A stretch of DNA of 34,739 bases from an uncultured bacterium. GTDB lineage: Bacteria > Bacillota > Clostridia > Oscillospirales > Oscillospiraceae. Of the stretch, positions 28,527 through 34,739 are shown in pieces (the first letter of the stretch is position 1; every line of letters begins with the position of its first letter). The stretch spans positions 1 to 34,739 of the forward strand of contig CAJMLC010000001.1 in NCBI GenBank assembly GCA_905214155.1, read 5' to 3'. The position numbers and the translations under genes were made by a program. A model generated the notes under the pieces. It was not told where the DNA came from. It was given only the letters and a program-made list of their open reading frames with translations, and did no database searches.

Positions 28527-29389
28527 ACGCCGCGCCCCCCTTTCAGCAGCGGCCGCAGCGCCTGCCGCGCCTGCTCCACCGAAAATACCGACGTATCCAC
28601 CGGCACGCCTCGCCGCTTCAACGCAAGGAACAGCTGCGTCATCTTTGGAATGGCGAGGCCCATCTCCACCAGCTCCTCTGCATGGGAGAAGACCTCCGCC
28701 GGCGTCCCGTTCATGACGTTCTGCCCGTGGTTCATGACAAGCAGCCGGTCGACGTTCGACGCGATCTCCTCCATCGAATGGCTCACCATCACGACGGCGG
28801 CATGCTGCACAGCCTGATAGTCGCGGATATTCTGCAAAATGCTCTCGCGGCCGCGCGGGTCGAGTCCCGCCGTCGGCTCGTCCAGAATCAGCACGTCCGG
28901 CTCCATCGCGATCACGCCCGCGATGGCCGCGCGGCGCTTCTGCCCGCCGGACAGGTCAAACGGCGATTTTTGCAGCTCTGCGTCCGTAATGCCGACGAAC
29001 TGCGCCGCCCGTTCGACGCGCGCGCGGATCTCTTCCTCGGACAGGCCCATATTCTTCGGGCCGAATGAAATGTCCTGATAAACGGTCTCTTCAAAGAGCT
29101 GATGCTCCGGATACTGGAACACGAGGCCGACCTTGAAGCGGATCTCGCGCGTGAACTTCACGTCCTTCCATATATCCTCGCCGTCGAAGAGCACGCGGCC
29201 CGACGTCGGCTTCAGAAGCCCGTTGAAATGTTGGATCAGGGTCGATTTACCCGACCCGGTATGTCCGATCAGTCCCACGAATTCGCCGCGCTGGATGGAA
29301 AGACTCACATCCCGGAGCGCCGCGCGCTCAAACGGGGTGTCCGCGCTGTAGACGTGGGACAGATCCTGTATCTCTAGTATAGGGGTCAA
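28520..29389 (-). CDS. ecfA2: ECF transporter ATPase A2
   Basis: TPFERAAL, GHTGSGKST, FQYPEHQLFEETV, PFDLSGGQ; TTG start with SD GGAGG. Confidence 0.93.
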   Translation of the reverse strand: MTPILEIQDLSHVYSADTPFERAALRDVSLSIQRGEFVGLIGHTGSGKSTLIQHFNGLLKPTSGRVLFDGEDIWKDVKFTREIRFKVGLVFQYPEHQLFEETVYQDISFGPKNMGLSEEEIRARVERAAQFVGITDAELQKSPFDLSGGQKRRAAIAGVIAMEPDVLILDEPTAGLDPRGRESILQNIRDYQAVQHAAVVMVSHSMEEIASNVDRLLVMNHGQNVMNGTPAEVFSHAEELVEMGLAIPKMTQLFLALKRRGVPVDTSVFSVEQARQALRPLLKGGRGVC

Positions 29390-29413
29390 AGTGGTTTCCT
29401 CCAAATGTCAGGG

Positions 29414-30262
29414 TCAGGCCTTTATCCGATCATAAAGTGCCTGCGCACATTGGTCGATGGAGAGCGCATCCAGCGGCAGATCAAATCCGTCCGCGCGGAG
29501 CGCATAGAGCAGCTCGGTCGTCTCCGGGACGCTGAGTCCCACGCTCCGCAGCAGCTCGACCTGGGAAAAGACCTCCTCTGGCGTCCCGTCGGCGACGATC
29601 TTCCCGTCATTCATCGCGACGACGCGCCCGGCATGGGTCGCCTCGTCCATGTGATGCGTGATGAGCACAACGGTCATGCCCTCCTCACGGTTGAGCCGCT
29701 CGACGGTCTCGATGACCTCGCGGCGGCCCTGCGGATCGAGCATCGCGGTCGGCTCGTCGAGGACGATGCACTTCGGCTTCATCGCGAGCACACCCGCGAT
29801 GGCCACGCGCTGCTTCTGTCCGCCGGACAGCAGCTGCGGCGCATGCGCGCGGTATTCATACATGCCCACGGTCTTCAGCGCCGCGTCCACGCGCCGCCGG
29901 ATCTCCTCGCTCGGCACGCCGAGATTCTCCGGCGCAAAGGCGACATCCTCCTCAACGACATTCGACACGATCTGGTTGTCCGGGTTCTGGAACACCATGC
30001 CCACCGCCTGGCGAATGGCAAGCAGCAGCGCTTCGTCCTTCGTGTCCATACCGTAGACCGTGACTCTGCCGCCCGCGGGCAGCAGAATCGCGTTGAAATG
30101 CTTGGCGAGCGTCGATTTGCCGCAGCCGTTGTGGCCGAGCACGGCGACAAAGCTGCCCGCCTCAATGGCCAGATCCAGCCCGTCGAACACAACATGCTCG
30201 CGGTCTTCTTCCGCATCCTGATAACTGTAATGCAGGTCACAGACCTGAATGGCTTCGTTCAT
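29414..30262 (-). CDS. ecfA1: ECF transporter ATPase A1
   Basis: GHNGCGKST, FQNPDNQIV, LSGGQKQRVAIAG, DEPTAMLDP. Confidence 0.93.
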   Translation of the reverse strand: MNEAIQVCDLHYSYQDAEEDREHVVFDGLDLAIEAGSFVAVLGHNGCGKSTLAKHFNAILLPAGGRVTVYGMDTKDEALLLAIRQAVGMVFQNPDNQIVSNVVEEDVAFAPENLGVPSEEIRRRVDAALKTVGMYEYRAHAPQLLSGGQKQRVAIAGVLAMKPKCIVLDEPTAMLDPQGRREVIETVERLNREEGMTVVLITHHMDEATHAGRVVAMNDGKIVADGTPEEVFSQVELLRSVGLSVPETTELLYALRADGFDLPLDALSIDQCAQALYDRIKA

Positions 30263-30264
30263 TG

Positions 30265-31128
30265 TCACTTTCCTGTCCACCGGCCGGTGCTGCCGCAGGG
30301 CAGAACGAGGCCGGAATCCTTGACCGGCAGGCCCAGTTCTCCACATTCGCTGTGGCCGCCGAATCGTTTTGTAAAAATGGAATCCATGATGTAGCCCACA
30401 ACCGACGGAGCCAGGCCCGTGGTGTAGGAGTTGATGATGACGAACAGCGGCTTGTCCGAAAGCACCTGGCTGACCAGCTGGACGAACGGCCAGAGGTTTT
30501 CCTCCAGCTTCCAGATCTCACCCGACGGCCCGCGGCCATAGCTTGGCGGGTCCATGATGATCGCGTCATAGCGCCGCCCGCGGCGGATCTCCCGCTCGAC
30601 GAATTTCGCGCAGTCGTCCACAATCCAGCGGATGGGCCGGTCCTCCAGTCCGGAGGACTTGGCATTCTCCTTGGCCCACGCGACCATGCCCTTCGCCGCG
30701 TCGACATGACAGACGCTCGCACCCGCCGCCGCACAGGCCAGCGTCGCGCCGCCCGTGTAGGCAAAGAGGTTCAGCGCATTGATGGGCCGCCCGGCCCCGC
30801 GGATGGTCTCCATGATGAAGTCCCAGTTTGCCGCCTGCTCCGGGAAGACGCCCGTGTGCTTGAAGTTCATCGGCTTGACGTTGAACGTCAGTTCCCGGTA
30901 TTTGACCTGCCAGTGCTCCGGCAGGCGCAGATTCGCCCACTTGCCGCCGCCGGTCGACGACCGGGCATAGCGCGCGTCATACTTCCGCCAGAGCGGATCG
31001 TCCTTCGGCGTGTTCCAGATCACCTGCGGATCCGGGCGCACGAGGACATATTTGCCCCAGCGTTCGAGCTTTTCGCCGCCGGAGGTATCAAGGACCTCAT
31101 AGTCCTTCCAAGCATCAGCCAACCACAT
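30265..31128 (-). CDS. Class I SAM-dependent methyltransferase (RlmI/RlmK-related)
   Basis: HTGVFPEQ, LNLFAYTGG, HVDA, IIMDPPSYG. Confidence 0.85.
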   Translation of the reverse strand: MWLADAWKDYEVLDTSGGEKLERWGKYVLVRPDPQVIWNTPKDDPLWRKYDARYARSSTGGGKWANLRLPEHWQVKYRELTFNVKPMNFKHTGVFPEQAANWDFIMETIRGAGRPINALNLFAYTGGATLACAAAGASVCHVDAAKGMVAWAKENAKSSGLEDRPIRWIVDDCAKFVEREIRRGRRYDAIIMDPPSYGRGPSGEIWKLEENLWPFVQLVSQVLSDKPLFVIINSYTTGLAPSVVGYIMDSIFTKRFGGHSECGELGLPVKDSGLVLPCGSTGRWTGK

Positions 31129-31145
31129 TGTGTTCTCCTAATCGA

Positions 31146-33638
31146 TCAGGGATTCAGGCCCGTGTCGGTGTTCCATCCGTCCGGCCCGGTCGTATCTTCG
31201 TCGTCCGGATCAGATTCCGCATCCTCATCCGGCTCCGGTTCTTCTTTTTTTGGCAGGTCGTCCGCATCGTGGATATAGCATGGGACGTTGATCGCGTCCA
31301 CATCCGGCGCGACCGCCGCGTAATACCCTGCCGGGCGGCTGTCGCTCGGCACGACGTAGGACTGGTCGAGCACCACGATGCCCGCCGTCGGGAATGCGCG
31401 GGAGATGTTCAGCAGACCAACGTTGTGCGTCGTATTGCCGTCCACCAGCGCGCAGTATTCATTCGCCGCGTGGCCCGAGGCATCGCAGATCTCGACCTCG
31501 GTATGGACGTCGCAGTTCTCCGTCGGCACGTCGTAGAGGCTGAGCTGGACCTTCACCGCGCGGCTCCCGCGCGGGTCCTCCTTGCAGGCGTCCGTGACCA
31601 GCTTGCCGCTGTCGCGGCAGACCGTACACTCGACGACGTTCGTCGGCTTTGCAAATTCCTTGTTGGCAAGCCCTTCGTGCAGCGTACTCATCACCTTCTG
31701 CCAGAGCACCACAGCAGGATTTGTCTCCGAATTGGTCAGCACGACCTCCTCCGGATCGTCATATCCGCACCACACGACGCCGGTATAATACGGCGTATAG
31801 CCTGCAAACCAGCGGTCAAAGTCGCTCGTGGTCGTGCCGGTCTTACCGGCGACGGTCATGTTCTCGAGCTTCGCGCCGTAGCCCGTGCCGTAGTTCACGG
31901 TGTTCTCCAGCATATCCGTGATATACCACGCCGTCATATCCTTCATCGCGGGATAGGAGTTCTGCGTGTTGTCCAGAATGATGTTCTTGCCGCTCGCGTC
32001 CGTCACCTTCGTATACGTCCGCGCCGTGCGATAGACGCCTTCGTCAGCAAACGAGGCATAGGCCGCGGCCATCGCCCGCACGGTCACGCCGTTGGTCAGA
32101 CCGCCAAGCGCCATCGGCGCGAGGTTCACATCGGAGCGCACCTCGCCGCTGCTCGTCACATAGTCGGACACCAGCGTGGAAAGGCCCATCTTCTCTTTTG
32201 CAAACTGATAGCAGTATTCCGGCGTCATCTCCGCCACCAGCTTGACCGGCACGGTGTTCAGCGATTCCATCATCGCCTCGTTGATCGAGACGAGGCCGCG
32301 GAACGTCGAGTCCGAGTTCTTCGGCCAGAAGGAATTGTCGGTGAAGGAATACGGCGTGTCATCATAGACCGTCGCGGGCGTGATGAGCCCGAGCTCGATG
32401 GCCGGCGCATAGACCGACACGGGCTTGATCGTCGAGCCCGGCGAGAGCAGGCTCTGCGCCGCACGGTTCAGCGTCAGGCTGCCGCTCTTTTTGCCGACGC
32501 CGCCCGCCATCGCGACAATGTCGCCCGTCTCATTATCAATGATGACGATGCCGGACTGCAGCTGCTGCGAGCTGGCCGTCTCCGGGATCTGGCTCAGATC
32601 CTCATACACCGCGTCCACCGCCGCCTGCGCGTCGGGGTTATACGTGCTGTAGATCTGATAGCCGCCGGTCATGACCATCTTATAGACGATATCATAATCA
32701 TAACCGGTTTTGTCGCAGAGGTCGTTGACCACGTCGCGGATGACCTGATCCTCGAAATAGGAATAGTATTCCTCGTCGGCATCGCTGTCGTCCGTGCTTT
32801 TGCGCACGAAGACCAGCTCCTCCGCCTTCGCCTCGTCATACTGATTCTGTGTGATATACCCCTGGCTCAGCATCTCGCCGAGGATGATCTCCTGGCGCTC
32901 CTTGTTCTTCTCCGGGTTGAGATAGGGGTCGTAGATCGAGGGGTTGTTCGTGATGCCGATCAGCGACGCGCACTGCGCGAGATCCAGCTCCTCCACGTTC
33001 TTCCCGAAGTACACCTGCGCCGCCGACTGCACGCCCTCGCAGTTCTGTCCGAGCGCGATGACGTTCAGATACCATTCCATGATCTCTTCCTTGGTGTATT
33101 CCTTCTCGAGCTTCAGCGCGGAATAAATTTCCGCCAGCTTCCGGCGGACCGTCACCTCGCGGTTGCCCGTCACGTTTTTCACCAGCTGCTGCGTGATGGT
33201 CGAGCCGCCGGCGCTGCCGCTGCCGAGGAACATCTTCACGCAGGCCCGCATCGTCGTCACCCAGTCGACGCCCTGATGCTCCATAAAACGCTTGTCCTCA
33301 ATGGCGATACAGGCGTGGACAAGATTTTTCGGGATGTCCTCATATTTGACCCACGTCCGGTTCGCGCCGCCGTAGAGCTTCTGCAGCACGACATCCTGCC
33401 CCGTCTTCGGGTCCTCATAATAGATGACCGACGTCTGGTCGAGTGCGAAGCCCTCGAGCGAAAAATCATTCTGCGCCGCGAGGTCGTTTTTGACATACAG
33501 CGCAAACAGACATGCGAACACCAGCACCGTCAGCACGCCGACGAGCACGATCGTCCCGATCACGCGTCCAAAGACGCGCCATCCGTTCCGTTTGGGTTTA
33601 TCAGCACCGCGCTGGGCGGATCTGTTCTCATTTGCCAT
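31146..33638 (-). CDS. Class A penicillin-binding protein (PBP1A family)
   Basis: TM anchor, IEDKRF, GGSTITQQLVKN, RKLAE, GSTIKP (SxxK), SLN, GKTGT; SD GGAGG before MANE. Confidence 0.93.
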   Translation of the reverse strand: MANENRSAQRGADKPKRNGWRVFGRVIGTIVLVGVLTVLVFACLFALYVKNDLAAQNDFSLEGFALDQTSVIYYEDPKTGQDVVLQKLYGGANRTWVKYEDIPKNLVHACIAIEDKRFMEHQGVDWVTTMRACVKMFLGSGSAGGSTITQQLVKNVTGNREVTVRRKLAEIYSALKLEKEYTKEEIMEWYLNVIALGQNCEGVQSAAQVYFGKNVEELDLAQCASLIGITNNPSIYDPYLNPEKNKERQEIILGEMLSQGYITQNQYDEAKAEELVFVRKSTDDSDADEEYYSYFEDQVIRDVVNDLCDKTGYDYDIVYKMVMTGGYQIYSTYNPDAQAAVDAVYEDLSQIPETASSQQLQSGIVIIDNETGDIVAMAGGVGKKSGSLTLNRAAQSLLSPGSTIKPVSVYAPAIELGLITPATVYDDTPYSFTDNSFWPKNSDSTFRGLVSINEAMMESLNTVPVKLVAEMTPEYCYQFAKEKMGLSTLVSDYVTSSGEVRSDVNLAPMALGGLTNGVTVRAMAAAYASFADEGVYRTARTYTKVTDASGKNIILDNTQNSYPAMKDMTAWYITDMLENTVNYGTGYGAKLENMTVAGKTGTTTSDFDRWFAGYTPYYTGVVWCGYDDPEEVVLTNSETNPAVVLWQKVMSTLHEGLANKEFAKPTNVVECTVCRDSGKLVTDACKEDPRGSRAVKVQLSLYDVPTENCDVHTEVEICDASGHAANEYCALVDGNTTHNVGLLNISRAFPTAGIVVLDQSYVVPSDSRPAGYYAAVAPDVDAINVPCYIHDADDLPKKEEPEPDEDAESDPDDEDTTGPDGWNTDTGLNP

Positions 33639-33726
33639 ACCGTTCCTCCATAGACTATTACGGCCAAGGTCTCTGATTCGATTATACATTATATCACACG
33701 TGTCAATGAGTTTGGAAACATTTTGT

Positions 33727-33756
33727 GAATATCATGCCCCTCTTTTCGGCACACTA
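33727..33756 (+). promoter_or_regulatory. Putative forespore (sigma-F/G) promoter
   Basis: GAATA-18 bp-CACACTA resembles the sigma-G consensus GHATA-18-CATACTA. Confidence 0.5.
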
Positions 33757-33776
33757 GCAAAAAGGAGCTGATCTCA

Positions 33777-34013
33777 TTGAAAAAGCATTGGACCTTCGCG
33801 CCGTTGCTCGCGCTCTTGCTGCTCTCCCCGGCGTTCTGGATGCAGACGCGCGGCAATACCATTCAATATTATGACCGTTCCTCCGGCCTCTGGCACGAGA
33901 CCGGTGCCTCCGCAGATGGCCTCTCCGCGTCCGACCGGGCCCTGCTCGCCTGCGGCCTTCCGCTCGAAGACGCCGCCGCGCTCGCCCATGCATTGGAAGA
34001 TTTTTGTTCCTGA
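33777..34013 (+). CDS. Small exported protein, BofC C-terminal domain-like
   Basis: Signal-like N-terminus, LSASDRALLACGLPL...ALEDFCS; SD AAGGAG; forespore-type promoter upstream. Confidence 0.6.
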   Translation: MKKHWTFAPLLALLLLSPAFWMQTRGNTIQYYDRSSGLWHETGASADGLSASDRALLACGLPLEDAAALAHALEDFCS

Positions 34014-34036
34014 TTCGCCTTCCGTGCAATTTCCTC

Positions 34037-34065
34037 TTGATTTTGCATCCGCCAGAGAGTAAAAT
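34037..34065 (+). promoter_or_regulatory. Putative sigma-A promoter
   Basis: TTGATT-17 bp-TAAAAT. Confidence 0.55.
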
Positions 34066-34093
34066 AGGATCATAAACAAACGGAGGAAATCAC

Positions 34094-34375
34094 ATGAGTC
34101 AGGAATTCGGAGACGACTTCATCTCCATCACCGATGAGGACGGGAAAGAATACGAGCTGGAAGTGCTCGCAGAGCTCGAATACGAGGGCAGCCGCTATCT
34201 TGCGCTCGTCCCCGCCGGCACCGACGAGGCCGAAGAGCTCGAGGTCAGCATTCTGAAATCGGTCGAAGAAAACGGCGAGGACATCCTCGTCACCATCGAC
34301 GACGATGAAGAGCTCGAAAACGTCTATCAAGCGCTGATGGACCTCATCTACGAGGACGAGGAAGAAGAATCGTAA
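34094..34375 (+). CDS. DUF1292 family acidic protein
   Basis: ISITDEDGKEYELEVL, YEGSRYLALVP, LVTIDDDEE; SD GGAGG. Confidence 0.85.
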   Translation: MSQEFGDDFISITDEDGKEYELEVLAELEYEGSRYLALVPAGTDEAEELEVSILKSVEENGEDILVTIDDDEELENVYQALMDLIYEDEEEES

Positions 34376-34392
34376 CACAAATTTGTCAACAA

Positions 34393-34593
34393 GTCTCCCT
34401 GCGGGGTGCGTGACGGGTCCACTTAAACCCACATTATAACTCAGGGACGCTGTACTTCATCTGCCGATTGCAGGCCTCCCGCCCAAAGCAACGACTTTGC
34501 GTGGACGTTGGAAGCAGTGAATCAGATGAGAGGCGACCCACCTGCCGTTTCGTGCAGGTTATAATTGGGTCCGCACGGCTTTCGCGGGGAGAT
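34393..34593 (+). ncRNA. ssrS: 6S RNA
   Basis: ~200-nt rod: GTCTCCCTGCG...CGTG pairs with CACG...CGCGGGGAGAT; central bubble, GGGA / CCCACC motifs and a long apical stem (CATCTG / CAGATG); T-run follows. Confidence 0.8.
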
Positions 34594-34668
34594 TTTTTGC
34601 TTTTTGCGCCATTCCGCCGCATAAAAGTCCCTAATATTTCTTATTTTTCCCTTCAGAAAAAATTACCC

Positions 34669-34697
34669 TTGCAACATGCGTACTTTTTTTGTATAAT
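34669..34697 (+). promoter_or_regulatory. Sigma-A promoter for a transcript leaving the window
   Basis: TTGCAA-17 bp-TATAAT. Confidence 0.7.
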
Positions 34698-34739
34698 ACG
34701 GTTTGTATCGCCAAACGGCGAAAATCCGGAACTATGAGA

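Noticed and set aside
33681..33706. Minus-strand TTGACA and TATAAT boxes upstream of PBP1A
   Set aside because: Spacings are 14 or 7 bp, not 16-18; an extended -10 at 33688-33696 is possible but too uncertain to call.

Overview
GC-rich chromosomal core region of a spore-forming Clostridium-class bacterium (gene content and repeats suggest Oscillospiraceae; this is an inference). Plus strand: spoIIIAA-AH; asp23-nusB-TsaD-like paralog-xseA-xseB-ispA; then a ~640-nt non-coding stretch that I identify as an OLE RNA with its own sigma-A promoter, followed by oapA-dxs-tlyA-nadK-argR-recN; a Tyr T-box leader controlling a small zinc-ribbon gene and tyrS; cwlD-like amidase, radA, an HD hydrolase; and a CNNM/CorC-family transporter preceded by an unannotated 23-codon leader ORF. 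Minus strand: PBP1A, SAM methyltransferase, ecfA1-ecfA2-ecfT, truA, a DUF5711-like protein and a ClpE/ClpC-like ATPase. The ends carry a partial tRNA-Arg(CCT), a BofC-like small gene, a DUF1292 gene and a probable 6S RNA. Non-genic structure: two related ~160-bp fold-back MITE-like elements flanking spoIIIAH, and four modular REP-like palindrome clusters. All family calls come from motif recognition by eye; no searches were run.
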